This document shows positions 33,948 to 43,899 of a stretch of 64,000 nt of DNA, in pieces. The stretch covers positions 544,001 through 608,000 of the forward strand of contig CAVXKA010000001.1 of assembly GCA_963762255.1 (NCBI GenBank), written 5' to 3'. The stretch comes from Candidatus Eiseniibacteriota bacterium. GTDB lineage: Bacteria; Eisenbacteria; RBG-16-71-46; JABDJR01. The notes below the pieces were generated by a model that was not told the DNA's origin, ran no database searches, and was given only the letters and a program-made list of their open reading frames with translations. Within the stretch, counting starts at the first letter, position 1, and each line of letters starts with the position of its first letter. The translations under genes were made by a program, and so were the position numbers.

Positions 33948-34825
33948 TGCCCGCTTCGACCATTCCCCGCGCCACGCTGCCCCTTCTCATCGAGCGCTAC
34001 GCGTGCCTCTTGCTCGACGCCTACGGCGTGCTCGTCGCCCACGACGGCCCGCTCGCCGGGGCCTCGGCGGCGATCCACCATCTCAACGCGCTCACACATC
34101 CCTACTACATTCTCACCAACGACGCGTCGCGCAGTCCGCAGACGTCGTCGCGGCGCTACACGGGGATGGGCCTTCCGATCCCGGCCGAGCGCATTATCTC
34201 CTCCGGGCTGGCGCTCAAGCCCTACTTCGAGGCGCAGGGGTTGCGCGAAAGCCGTTGCCTGGTGCTGGGCACGGAAGACTCCAGGCAATACGTGCGCGAG
34301 GCCGGCGGCGTGCCGGTCGCGTTCGGCGGCGATGCGGATGCCGTGGTGGTCTGCGACGAGTGCGGGTACTCGTTTCTGGAGATGCTCGACGAGACGCTGA
34401 GCTTCCTCTACCGCAAGCTCGACGCGGGCGAGACGCCTCGACTGATCCTCGCCAACCCCGATCTCCTCTATCCGGCGTCCGACGGACGATACGGCTTCAC
34501 CGGCGGCGCGGTGGCGCTCCTTCTCGAGGAGGCCTTGCGCCTGCGCTATCCCCGGCGCGAAGATCTCGCCTTCGTGCGTCTCGGCAAGCCCTTCACGCCG
34601 ATGTTCGAGGAAGCGTTCCGCCGCTCGGGAACCCGCGACATGGTCATGGTGGGCGACCAACCGCGCACCGACATCCGGGGGGCGCGCGCGTTCGGCATCG
34701 ACAGCGCGCTCATCACCACCGGCGTCACACGGATCGAGCACGGCACGTTCGACGACGACGCCCGACCGACATGGATCCTGGAATCGCTCTCGCTCGACGG
34801 GACCGAAAGGAGCGCCGCAACATGA
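33947..34825 (+). CDS. HAD-IIA (NagD-like) hydrolase
   Basis: ATG overlaps addA stop; LLDAYGVL, LTND, ANPD, GKP, MVGDQPRTDIRGA. Confidence 0.9.
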   Translation: MPASTIPRATLPLLIERYACLLLDAYGVLVAHDGPLAGASAAIHHLNALTHPYYILTNDASRSPQTSSRRYTGMGLPIPAERIISSGLALKPYFEAQGLRESRCLVLGTEDSRQYVREAGGVPVAFGGDADAVVVCDECGYSFLEMLDETLSFLYRKLDAGETPRLILANPDLLYPASDGRYGFTGGAVALLLEEALRLRYPRREDLAFVRLGKPFTPMFEEAFRRSGTRDMVMVGDQPRTDIRGARAFGIDSALITTGVTRIEHGTFDDDARPTWILESLSLDGTERSAAT

Positions 34826-35334
34826 GGTCCGTTCTCGAACTCGCGGGTGCTCGACTCACATGGAGACAGCCGCGCCTTTTCGTCCGCTCGTTCGAGTTGT
34901 CGAACGGCGACGGCCAGGTGCTGGCCAGGCTTCAGTGGCGGAACCTGTTCACGGATCGCGCATCGGCGGAAAGCGCGGAGGGCCGCTGGGAGTTCCGCAG
35001 GGCGGGGCTCTTCAGCCGCCGAGTCGTGATCCAACGCGAGGGGTCGGATGTGGAGGCCGGCGTGTTCACGCGCGGCTTCTTCGGCGGCAAGCTGGAGCTC
35101 GCAGGCGGGCACGAATACCGCGTTCGGCTCCTGCGGTTCTGGCCGCGGCACTGGGCCGTTGTCGACGGCTCCGACCGCCAGCTCATTCGTGTCGAGGTTG
35201 CGTTCCCCCTCTTCAAGGACCGGGCTCGCATCACCGTCGCACCCGAGGCCGCTCAGAACCCGGACATCCCCCTCCTCGTGCTCTTCTCCTGGTTCCACAT
35301 CGTGCACGTGCGCCATCGCGGAGAGTCGAGCTGA
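34822..35334 (+). CDS. hypothetical protein
   Basis: ATGA overlap with the HAD gene; AAGGAG RBS; protein-like composition (MRSVLELAGARLTWRQP...). Confidence 0.7.
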   Translation: MRSVLELAGARLTWRQPRLFVRSFELSNGDGQVLARLQWRNLFTDRASAESAEGRWEFRRAGLFSRRVVIQREGSDVEAGVFTRGFFGGKLELAGGHEYRVRLLRFWPRHWAVVDGSDRQLIRVEVAFPLFKDRARITVAPEAAQNPDIPLLVLFSWFHIVHVRHRGESS

Positions 35335-35410
35335 GCCTCGTCGACGCGGCCCCGCCGCTTCGGTAGACTACATCCCCTTACCCTCCCCCCGGTTCGTAAG
35401 GAGAACAGCC

Positions 35411-36013
35411 ATGGCTTTCGGCTGGGAAGGCGCGCTCGTGCGCCTCGTGCCCCTGGACAAGGACAAACACCTCGCCAACGCGATGCGCTGGCTGAACGAC
35501 CCCGAGGTGACCGAGTGGACCTTGGTGGGCGATCTGCCGGTCACGCGCCTGGGCGAGGAAGCCTACTTCGACCGCATGATGAAGGGTCCGGAGAGCGACA
35601 TCGCGCTCGGCATGGAAACCCTGGAAGGGCTGCACATCGGGTTCACCGGCGCGCACAAGGTGGACTACCGGCAGGGCGTGGCCACCACCGGATCCATCAT
35701 CGGTGACAAGGACTATTGGAGCCGCGGGTTCGGCACCGATGCCGCCCGCGTGCGCACGCGCTACCTCTTCGACGTGATCGGGCTTCGGCTTCTCCTCTCG
35801 GACACGCTGGGAGAGAACGAGCGCTCGCAGCGGATGCTGAAACGCGTTGGGTACCGCGAGGTGGGACGCATCCCCCGCCGGGATTGGAAGCACGGCACCT
35901 ATCACGACCGTGTGCTCTTCGCGCTCCACCGCGAGGATTGGTTGGCGCTGCACCGCGCGGAAGCCGCGCGCAGCCCTGAGGCCGGCGCCGGCCCCAAGGG
36001 AGGCAAGTCATGA
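35411..36013 (+). CDS. GNAT acetyltransferase, RimJ/RimL type
   Basis: VRLVPL, IGDKDYWSRGFGTDA, N.RSQRML..VGY..VG; AAGGAG RBS. Confidence 0.88.
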   Translation: MAFGWEGALVRLVPLDKDKHLANAMRWLNDPEVTEWTLVGDLPVTRLGEEAYFDRMMKGPESDIALGMETLEGLHIGFTGAHKVDYRQGVATTGSIIGDKDYWSRGFGTDAARVRTRYLFDVIGLRLLLSDTLGENERSQRMLKRVGYREVGRIPRRDWKHGTYHDRVLFALHREDWLALHRAEAARSPEAGAGPKGGKS

Positions 36014-37188
36014 GCGCCCGCGAGGACTACGGCCTCCCGGCCTCGCAGGAGGAAATCGATCTTCTGTGCGACATCCAGGCCGACGCGTTTTCGTTCCCGC
36101 CGGACATGGCGCGAAAGCGCGTGGAGCAGTTCGGGTCGGGCCTCGCGCGGGCGTTGCGCGAGAACGGTCGCATTACCGCGGGGCTCTGGCTCATCGACAT
36201 GGGTCAGTGGTTCGGGGGCCGCAGCGTGCCCATGACCGGCGTGGGGGCGGTCGCGGTGGCGCCGGAGGCGCGGGGACGCGGCGCGGCGTTCAGACTCATG
36301 CGCTGCGCGCTCGAGGAGATGCGCGAGCGTGGGATTGCGCTCTCGTCGCTCTACCCCGCCACGCAGACTCTCTACCGCAAGGCCGGCTACGAGCAGGCGG
36401 GCGCGCGGTTCGCGGTGTCGGTGCAGCCGTACCTGATCGGAGTGCGTGACCGATCGCTCCCCATGCGTCCGTCCACCGAGGCGGATCGCCCCGCGATCGA
36501 GGCCCTCTACGGCGACTACGCCCCGCGCTTCGCGGGTGCGCTGGAGCGCGTGCCGTTCAACTGGGCGCGCGTGTACTCCCCCCGCGATACTCCGGCCAAG
36601 GGATTCGTGGTGGAGGAGAACGGCGGCATCACCGGCTACGTGTTCCGTACCCAGGACCCGATCACGCCGATGGGCTTCGACATCAACGTCACCGACATGG
36701 CGGCGGTGACTCCCGGCGCGGGACGGCGAATCCTCACCTTCCTGGCGGATCACGGATCGATGGCGCGCGAAGTGCACTGGTACGGCGGTCCCGCCGACCC
36801 GCTCCTCGCTCTCATGCCCGAGCAGAAGTACAAGATGGAGCTGCGTTTCTACTGGATGACCCGGATCGTCCATCTGCCGGCAGCCTTGGAAGCACGCGGT
36901 TATCCGGACGGGATGCGGGCCGAGCTGCACCTCGAGGTGCGCGACGACGTGCTTCCCGACAACGCGAAGAAGTGGGTGCTGGAAGTCGCCGATGGCGCGG
37001 CGAAGGTGCGCGAGGGCGGGAAGGGATCGCTACACGTGGATGCCTGCGGCCTAGCCTCGCTTTACGCCGGGTTCATGACCCCGGGGATGCTTCGCGCGAC
37101 CGGCAATCTGGAGGGAGACGCCGGCGCAATGCGCACCGCGCGCGCGCTGTTCGACGGTCACTCGCCGTGGATGCGCGACATGTTCTGA
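36010..37188 (+). CDS. eis: Eis-family acetyltransferase (tandem GNAT + SCP2-like)
   Basis: GVGAVAVAPEARGRG, LYPA..LYRKAGYE, RIVHLPAALEARGY, C-terminal DMF. Confidence 0.88.
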   Translation: MSAREDYGLPASQEEIDLLCDIQADAFSFPPDMARKRVEQFGSGLARALRENGRITAGLWLIDMGQWFGGRSVPMTGVGAVAVAPEARGRGAAFRLMRCALEEMRERGIALSSLYPATQTLYRKAGYEQAGARFAVSVQPYLIGVRDRSLPMRPSTEADRPAIEALYGDYAPRFAGALERVPFNWARVYSPRDTPAKGFVVEENGGITGYVFRTQDPITPMGFDINVTDMAAVTPGAGRRILTFLADHGSMAREVHWYGGPADPLLALMPEQKYKMELRFYWMTRIVHLPAALEARGYPDGMRAELHLEVRDDVLPDNAKKWVLEVADGAAKVREGGKGSLHVDACGLASLYAGFMTPGMLRATGNLEGDAGAMRTARALFDGHSPWMRDMF

Positions 37189-37243
37189 GCGCCGGCGCGA
37201 TAGAATTGACAGTCCGGCGAAGACCGCCGGGATGGAGGTTTCG

Positions 37244-38341
37244 ATGAGCCAGCGGTTGTATGTCGCCACGCGCAAGGGTCTCTTCTCGCTCAAGCGGAAG
37301 ACGGGGCCCGTCCCGGGTTGGGCGATCGAACAGGTTTATTTCCTCGGCGAGCACGTCTCCATGGTGCTCCCCGACCGACGCGACGGCACGCTCTACGCGG
37401 CGCTCCACTCCCGGGACTCCGGAGTGAAGCTGCATCGCACCTCCGATCGTGGCCAATCGTGGGACGAGTGCACCACCCCCGCGTTCCCGAAGGCGGGCAA
37501 GGGCGAGGCCAAGGGCTCCCCGTCGCTGCGCATGATCTGGTCGCTGGAGGGCGCGGGCAAGGACAAGGCGGGCGAACTCTGGGCGGGCACGATTCCCGGC
37601 GGGCTCTTCCACTCCGGGACGCGGGGCGATACGTGGACCTTCGTGCGGTCGTTGTGGGCGCGCCCCGAGCGCGAGGCGTGGACGGGCGGCGGCTTCGGCG
37701 AGCCCGGCATCCACTCGATCTGCGTGGACCCGCGCGACAGCCGTCGTGTCCTGATCGGGGTGTCGGTCGGCGGCGTCTGGCTCACCGAGGACTCCGGCCA
37801 GACCTGGGCCCTGCGCGCGACCGGCATGTTCGCGGACGACGTCCCGGCGGAACAGAGCAAGGATCCCAACCTGCAGGATCCGCATCGCATCGTGCAGTGC
37901 CCGTCCAACCCCGACATGCTCTGGTGCCAGCATCACAACGGCGTCTTCCGGAGCGTGGACGGCGGGCTGGCATGGACCGAGGTGCCGGCGGTGAAGCCGT
38001 CCGTGTTCGGGTTCTCGGTGGCGGTCCACCCCAAGGACCCCGAGACCGCGTGGTTCGTTCCGACGATGAAGGACGAATGCCGCGTTCCCGAGAAGGGCAA
38101 GGTCTCGGTGGCCCGCACCCGCGACGGCGGCGCCAAGTTCACCGTGCTCCGGGAGGGCCTCCCTCAGAAGCACGCCTACGACCTGGTCTATCGGCACGGG
38201 CTCGACGTGGACGACACCGGAGACCGGCTCGCCGTGGGCTCGACTACGGGATCGCTCTGGATCTCGGAGGATCAGGGGGAAACCTGGGCGACGGTCTCGG
38301 CGAACCTCCCCCCCATCTGCTGCGTGAGATTCGAGAAGTAG
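37244..38341 (+). CDS. BNR/Asp-box repeat beta-propeller (sialidase-like) protein
   Basis: LYVATRKGLF; repeated SxDxGxTW Asp-boxes; GGAGG RBS. Confidence 0.85.
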   Translation: MSQRLYVATRKGLFSLKRKTGPVPGWAIEQVYFLGEHVSMVLPDRRDGTLYAALHSRDSGVKLHRTSDRGQSWDECTTPAFPKAGKGEAKGSPSLRMIWSLEGAGKDKAGELWAGTIPGGLFHSGTRGDTWTFVRSLWARPEREAWTGGGFGEPGIHSICVDPRDSRRVLIGVSVGGVWLTEDSGQTWALRATGMFADDVPAEQSKDPNLQDPHRIVQCPSNPDMLWCQHHNGVFRSVDGGLAWTEVPAVKPSVFGFSVAVHPKDPETAWFVPTMKDECRVPEKGKVSVARTRDGGAKFTVLREGLPQKHAYDLVYRHGLDVDDTGDRLAVGSTTGSLWISEDQGETWATVSANLPPICCVRFEK

Positions 38342-38469
38342 CTTCCCGGCGTGCGGGTCGCGCCTGGCGGCTTGCGACCGCCGAGCGTCGATCTCGCCCC
38401 CTCGCGCCGAGCCGGGTATACTCCCGCCTCACCCCCGTGAAGTTTCACCCGCAGGCCAGGAAGGGCACG

Positions 38470-39120
38470 ATGAAGAAGTACGTCATCATGGGCGTCCAGG
38501 GGTCGGGGAAGGGCACGCAGGCGAAGCTCCTCTGCGAGCGATACGGGCTGATTCACATCAGCGTCGGCGACATCTTCCGCGGACACATTCAAGAGCGCAC
38601 CAAACTCGCCGCGCGCATCCAGCGAATGATGGCCGAGGGGAGGCTCGTCCCCGACGAGATCGTCATCGCGATGATCCAGCGGCGGCTGGACGATCACGAT
38701 TGGAACCACGGGTTCATCCTCGACGGGTTCCCGCGCAACCGCGTCCAGGCCGAGTTCTTCCTCGAGACCTACGACATCGATGCGGTCATCCTCATCGATG
38801 TGCCGGACAAGGCCGTGATCGAGCGCATCGCCGCGCGTCGCCTCTGCACGCAGTGCGGGGCCGATTTCAACCTGATCTCGGCGCCGCCCGCGAAGGCGGG
38901 CATCTGCGACACGTGCGGCGGGAAGTTGCGGCAGCGCGCCGACGACACCGAGAAGGCGATCCGCTCCCGTTTGCAGGACTACCACAAGCAGACCGCGCCG
39001 CTCCTCGATCTCTTCCGCAAGAAGGAGACGGTGGTGTCGGTGGACGGGACGAAGGCGCCGGAGAAGGTGCACCAGGAGATCCGGCGGAAGCTCAAGCTGC
39101 CGGTCGTGAAGGCGCGGTGA
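38470..39120 (+). CDS. adk: adenylate kinase with zinc-type LID
   Basis: GVQGSGKGTQA, HISVGDIFR, LDGFPRN, CxxC...CxxC LID, QRADD. Confidence 0.93.
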   Translation: MKKYVIMGVQGSGKGTQAKLLCERYGLIHISVGDIFRGHIQERTKLAARIQRMMAEGRLVPDEIVIAMIQRRLDDHDWNHGFILDGFPRNRVQAEFFLETYDIDAVILIDVPDKAVIERIAARRLCTQCGADFNLISAPPAKAGICDTCGGKLRQRADDTEKAIRSRLQDYHKQTAPLLDLFRKKETVVSVDGTKAPEKVHQEIRRKLKLPVVKAR

Positions 39121-39492
39121 GGGCGTAGGAGCGGTTCATCGGGGGTGGTGGCAATCCGATTCGATGCTCACCCGGGTGAGCACGGCGGACGGCTCAAGTC
39201 CAGTCGGCTGGACTCGGGGAATGCGCCCTGCGGCGCCCGGGCCCGGTGTGGCATCCGCTGAGACGCGGCGCGTAGCGGGTCTCCCGTCGACCGCAGTCCG
39301 AAGGGCCGCGAAGCGGGGGCCCCTTCGGCGAGGGCGACGGGCGAGACGCGAAGCGCCGCGCGGGGCGAGACGGCGCGAGCCGCGCCCGCGCCCGCGCGGG
39401 GCGCCCTGTGACCAATCCCGCCTCGGTGCGTCCTTCCGCGTGAAGCCAGCCATGCCTGCCGCACCGGCCACGCAAAGGAGTCTCACCGCACC

Positions 39493-39879
39493 ATGCACAT
39501 GGAAATCGTCTTCCCCGACGGGGACCGCGTCGACGCCCTCTCCAACGGCAACGTCATTCGAACCGAGCAGGACGGTTCCGGCCCTGCGCCGTTCGAGCTG
39601 TTCCTGGCCTCGATCGGCACCTGCGCGGGGATCTACGTTTCGCGCTTCTGCCGCCAGCGCGGCATCTCGACTGCCGACATCCGCATCCGCCAGACGATGC
39701 GCGTCAACCCAACCACGCGGATGGTGGACGGCATCGACCTCGACATCGCCCTCCCCGACGATTTCCCCGAGCAATACAAGGACGCCGTGGTGCGCTCGGC
39801 GCAGCTCTGCGCGGTGAAGAAACATCTGGAGAACCCGCCGGAGATTCAGGTGCGCACGGTTTCGCTCGTAGACAACTGA
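39493..39879 (+). CDS. OsmC family protein
   Basis: GPAPFELFLASIGTCAG...LCAVKKHL; AAGGAG RBS. Confidence 0.9.
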   Translation: MHMEIVFPDGDRVDALSNGNVIRTEQDGSGPAPFELFLASIGTCAGIYVSRFCRQRGISTADIRIRQTMRVNPTTRMVDGIDLDIALPDDFPEQYKDAVVRSAQLCAVKKHLENPPEIQVRTVSLVDN

Positions 39880-39909
39880 GCGAGACCGTGTCGCTCGTAG
39901 ACAACTGAG
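39856..39909 (+). repeat. duplication of the osmC 3' end (29-bp period)
   Basis: ACGGTTTCGCTCGTAGACAACTGAG, then ACCGTGTCGCTCGTAGACAACTGAG. Confidence 0.85.
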
Positions 39910-39936
39910 GAGGCCGCGGCTAAACAGTAGAGCCGG

Positions 39937-40608
39937 TCAGCTCTTGACGCGCTCCCGAACGTAGATGGGACGCTGCCCCGCCGGTCGTCGGAGCTTGCGA
40001 TAGCCGGCATCCACGAAGAGCGCGGGCACCCCGGTCCATGCGAACGCTGCAGGCATGGGCTTCTCGGCCGAAGCCGGCACCGCTGGAAAGCCCTCCACCT
40101 GCGTCGCGCCCAGCGCGAACGCGCGTTCGGTGGCCGCGGCAAGAAGCGCCTTCGCCACCCCCTTGCGCCGCCAGCCCGAGGGGATGAAGAAGCAGACGAC
40201 GGACCATGTGCCGGCCGGCGCGCCGCGCTCGAGCGACGGGGCGTTTCCCAGGCGCGCGAAGCTCTCGCGGAGGCCGAACGCGCACCAACCCACCGGCGTC
40301 TTTCCCGCGAACGCGAGCACGCCGTGTACCTCGCCCCCCATCACGCGCTTCTTGAACGCGGCCTTATTCTTCGGCCCCTGCATCTCTTTCCACATTTTGC
40401 CGCCGTGGGGCACGTGCCACCACATGCACCAGCAGCCCGCGCAGGCGCCACGCGCGCCAAACAGGGTCTCAACGATCGGCCAGTCCTTCGCGGCGAGCTG
40501 GCGGACGGTCAGCGCGGCCGTCTCCGGTCGGGCGGCGGCACTGGAGGGCTTCTTCTTCGCCGGCGTCTTCGCCGTCTTCCTGGTCGTCTTCGTCGTTTCA
40601 TGCGCCAT
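39937..40608 (-). CDS. GNAT family acetyltransferase
   Basis: GCWCMWW, PVGWCAFG, WSVVCFFI..WRRKGVAKALL; GGAGG RBS. Confidence 0.88.
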   Translation of the reverse strand: MAHETTKTTRKTAKTPAKKKPSSAAARPETAALTVRQLAAKDWPIVETLFGARGACAGCWCMWWHVPHGGKMWKEMQGPKNKAAFKKRVMGGEVHGVLAFAGKTPVGWCAFGLRESFARLGNAPSLERGAPAGTWSVVCFFIPSGWRRKGVAKALLAAATERAFALGATQVEGFPAVPASAEKPMPAAFAWTGVPALFVDAGYRKLRRPAGQRPIYVRERVKS

Positions 40609-40705
40609 GCCGCACCTCCGAGCCGGCCTTCGTGCCCGCCGCGCCGAAGTGTATGCTGTCCGCCGAGCCCGACGCTCGGGCCGGCTGTATCAAGGAGTAC
40701 CCGTC

Positions 40706-41101
40706 ATGCTCGAACTCGAGAGCCAGCGCACGTATCTTCGGATCGGGGTGATCTACCTGATCCTCGGCGCGCCCGGGCTCGTATGGCTCGCGATCGGCGA
40801 CCTCTTCGCCTCCCGCAACATCTACCTGCTGACGTCACTTCTCGGTCTGCCGCTGAGCGTTCTGTTCGTCCTCTTCGGCACCGGGAAGTTCCCGCGGAAC
40901 ACTCGAAGCTGGTACGCCGTGCGGGTGGCCGTGCTGTCGCTCTTCTTCGCCGTCCTGCTTCTGGCCTCGCTTCTCGTCGTGCGGCTCGGCGCGGTCATGT
41001 TCGAGACCTCGGCGCGATTCTGCCTGATGGCATCGTCGTACCTGGCGTTGGTGACCCTGGTCCTCGGCATCTCCGCCGCACTTCGCGGAAAGCGGCAATG
41101 A
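40706..41101 (+). CDS. small integral membrane protein (about 4 TM)
   Basis: AAGGAG RBS before ATG; four hydrophobic stretches. Confidence 0.7.
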   Translation: MLELESQRTYLRIGVIYLILGAPGLVWLAIGDLFASRNIYLLTSLLGLPLSVLFVLFGTGKFPRNTRSWYAVRVAVLSLFFAVLLLASLLVVRLGAVMFETSARFCLMASSYLALVTLVLGISAALRGKRQ

Positions 41102-41141
41102 CCGGGCGGGGCTGGCGAACCGAGGCAATGCAGGCCGCGGC

Positions 41142-42572
41142 CTACTTCGTCATGACGATGTCTTTCCAGAAATCGGTCTCGCGAAGTACCGGCCAGCGGG
41201 CGAACTGATCCCAGATCGGCTGCGCGCGCCGGCGAAAGACCGAGTCCTCGAGGTCGTCGTTCGAGGGGAGATCCGCACCGAGCCGGTTGCGCCCGAGCAC
41301 GTTGCCCCCGATCGAGAAGATCGACGGCGCGGCGTGCTTGGCGATGGGCAGTTGATAGCAGTAGGGCTCCCCCGAGTCGTAACGCGGATCCTGCCCGGTC
41401 TTCATCACGATGTTCTGGACGAAGCGTCCCGGCGCCGGCGGCAGATCGCTGGTGCGTACAATGGAGGCGCCGCACGCTCCGGTGTCGAAGATCGCGTTAC
41501 GCTGGAAGAACCCGGAGGGGCGCCCGTGCCCGGCATCCCAGAGGGCTACCCCCCAGGTGGCAACGTGCTCGATGATGTTCTCTTCCGCCGTGAGTTGGGC
41601 ATCGACGAACACGCCGATGCCCTTCCAATAGCGGCGCACCACGTTCCCGCGCACGGTGGCATAGGCGTTCCATGTGGCGCCGATGCCGACGCCTCGGCCG
41701 CCGCCGACTCGCTCGCCGCGGGCGAGGTCCACACCGTCGATCCAGTTTCCCTCGATGACCGCCTGCGAATTGCGATAGAGGGCAATCCCGTCCCAGGAAT
41801 TGCGCACGATGCGGTTGTTGCGGATGGTGAGCACTCCGCCGTCGCGGCCCACCACGCCGATGATCCCGACCACGGTCTTGGCCACCGTGGTGGAGTCGCC
41901 GATGTTGTCGCGGAGCGTGCATCCTTCGATAGTGACCGAACCGTTCTTGACCACCACCGCACCGTCGGTGGCCGCCGCGGAGGTATCGCGCTCGCCGGCG
42001 GTCACCGTGAGCCGCTCGAGCGTGCAGTTATGGCACTCCTCGAACAGAAGTCCATAGCCCGCATGCGTGCGGATGATCGCTTCACCCTGCTCGGGGCCGA
42101 CCAGACGGAGGGCGCTCCCCCGGACGATGAGGCCGACCGTGGCCTGCACCAGCGTCGATTCGGACTCGCAGTTGCCGCAGGTCGCTTCGACGTAGGGATC
42201 CGGTTCGATGTCGTACGTGCCGGCCGCGAAGCGAATGATCGTCCCGGGCGCGGCGCCACGCAGCGCGGCTCGCAGGTCGGTCAGCGCGCCGGGTACGTCC
42301 GCGCCTGGAGGAGCAACGAGGATTTCCGGGGTGACGACTGTGTCGACCGCCACCGGAACGGGCGTCGCTGCCGAATCCACGGCTGCCGAATCGCCGGGGG
42401 CTACAAGACTGGGGGCTACAAGGGTGTCGGAGACCGCCATCGAGTCGGCGACCGACGAATCGGGAGGAGCGGCGAGTTGAATGTCGGCAACGCCCTGGGC
42501 CCCGACACCTGGCGCGCCGCCAAGAACACATGAAGCAAGGAGGATCGCGGCGAGGCGTGCTCTAGTCGCCAT
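41142..42572 (-). CDS. secreted right-handed parallel beta-helix protein
   Basis: Signal peptide; repeated I.NN.I..N..GI rungs. Confidence 0.8.
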   Translation of the reverse strand: MATRARLAAILLASCVLGGAPGVGAQGVADIQLAAPPDSSVADSMAVSDTLVAPSLVAPGDSAAVDSAATPVPVAVDTVVTPEILVAPPGADVPGALTDLRAALRGAAPGTIIRFAAGTYDIEPDPYVEATCGNCESESTLVQATVGLIVRGSALRLVGPEQGEAIIRTHAGYGLLFEECHNCTLERLTVTAGERDTSAAATDGAVVVKNGSVTIEGCTLRDNIGDSTTVAKTVVGIIGVVGRDGGVLTIRNNRIVRNSWDGIALYRNSQAVIEGNWIDGVDLARGERVGGGRGVGIGATWNAYATVRGNVVRRYWKGIGVFVDAQLTAEENIIEHVATWGVALWDAGHGRPSGFFQRNAIFDTGACGASIVRTSDLPPAPGRFVQNIVMKTGQDPRYDSGEPYCYQLPIAKHAAPSIFSIGGNVLGRNRLGADLPSNDDLEDSVFRRRAQPIWDQFARWPVLRETDFWKDIVMTK

Positions 42573-43152
42573 GACGCTCCCGAAGGAACGGCGAGAGCCG
42601 CAGCATGAGTTGTACGCGCTCGACCTCGCCCACCCACTCCGCGATCACCGCGGTCAATTCGTCTTCGTCGAGCAACGCGGCGCCGATCGGACACGCCGGG
42701 CCGAGCTGGTTCTTCGCCATCGCGCGATAGGTCGGCAACGTTCGATCGCCGAAGCGCGAGCACTCGAAGAAGTCCTCGGTGAGAAGGAGCACCACCGGCA
42801 CTTTGGTCGCACCGTTCAGTCTCAGTTCGTCGCGCAGATCCGGGTTCGCGTCGCGATCGGCGAGCCGCATCGAAAACGTGGGGCAGGCCTCCTCGATCCG
42901 CTTCAGGATGGGCACCTGGCGGATGCAGTCCCCGCACCAGTTGCCGGAAAGGACCAGCGCGTGGATGTGCCGGTTGAAGGCGCCCAGGAGCGCCTTCTGC
43001 GCTTCGGAGATCTGCACGATCGGGAGCATCGCGTCCCAGCGAGCGCGGTGGGCCTCAGAGGCGCTGGATACGTGCTGTTCGTAGGTCTCCCCGGCCTCGA
43101 AGTGGCGGCGGAAGAGATCGGAGCGACGGTCGAAGTACTTCGGCATTTCCAT
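42562..43152 (-). CDS. thioredoxin-family protein
   Basis: SGNWCGDC active site; KVPVV cis-Pro motif. Confidence 0.85.
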   Translation of the reverse strand: MEMPKYFDRRSDLFRRHFEAGETYEQHVSSASEAHRARWDAMLPIVQISEAQKALLGAFNRHIHALVLSGNWCGDCIRQVPILKRIEEACPTFSMRLADRDANPDLRDELRLNGATKVPVVLLLTEDFFECSRFGDRTLPTYRAMAKNQLGPACPIGAALLDEDELTAVIAEWVGEVERVQLMLRLSPFLRERHGD

Positions 43153-43162
43153 TCGGAGAATC

Positions 43163-43879
43163 CTAGCACGGCTCTTGCGCGAGGTAGCGCTTGGCCGCAT
43201 CGAGCACGCAGTCCAGATCCTCGGGCTTGAGCTTTCCGGTGAACGTGTTCTGCTGGCTCGGGTGAAAGGTGTCGAAAAGCGCAGGACCGACTGCCGGTCG
43301 ATGCCGCGCACCGTGTGCGAAGGGGTGCGCGTTGAGCTTGATCGCGGCGCCGCTCGCCTGGAGATGACGCAGGTACGCGTCGTGGCCGAACCGGCCGAGC
43401 GCGAGCACGACCTGCACGCGGGGAAGCACGGCGAGTTCCTCGGCGAGGTACTCGCGGCAGTTCTCCGCCTCAGCGGGAGACGGCTTATTGGCGGGGGGAG
43501 CGCAGCGCACCGCGGCGGAGACGTACGCGTCGGTGAGCGCGAGGCCGTCCTCGCGGGTCACGGAGTGAGGCTGATTCGCGAACCCCGCGCGATGGAGCGC
43601 GGCGAAGAGGAAGTCGCCGGAGCGGTCGCCGGTGAAGACGCGGCCGGTGCGGTTGGCGCCATGCGCGCCGGGGGCCAGACCGAGGATGAAGAGGCGCGCC
43701 TGCGGATCGCCGAAACCGGGCACCGGCCTTCCCCAGTAGGTCCAGTCCGCGTAGGCGCGGCGCTTCTCGCTCGCGACCTTGAGGCAATGTGCGCGCAATC
43801 GCGGGCAGCGTTCGCACGCGACGATGCGGCGTTCGAGCGCATCGAGCTTCCTCTGCACGGGATCGACGGGCGCGGGCAT
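43163..43879 (-). CDS. udgB: uracil-DNA glycosylase, family 5 (UdgB-like, Fe-S)
   Basis: CERCPRL, GLAPGAHGANRTGRVFTGDRSG, VRCAPPANKP, HPSQQN. Confidence 0.9.
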   Translation of the reverse strand: MPAPVDPVQRKLDALERRIVACERCPRLRAHCLKVASEKRRAYADWTYWGRPVPGFGDPQARLFILGLAPGAHGANRTGRVFTGDRSGDFLFAALHRAGFANQPHSVTREDGLALTDAYVSAAVRCAPPANKPSPAEAENCREYLAEELAVLPRVQVVLALGRFGHDAYLRHLQASGAAIKLNAHPFAHGARHRPAVGPALFDTFHPSQQNTFTGKLKPEDLDCVLDAAKRYLAQEPC

Positions 43880-43899
43880 GCGGGGGAGGATAACGGACT

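Noticed and set aside
30806-34825. Apparent 1339-aa helicase-HAD fusion
   Set aside because: Produced by the frameshift near 33620. The AddA nuclease tail is in another frame ending at 33947, where the HAD gene has its own ATG.
42395-42425. 15-bp tandem repeat GGGGGCTACAAG
   Set aside because: An in-frame LVAPS/LVAPG repeat in a low-complexity linker.
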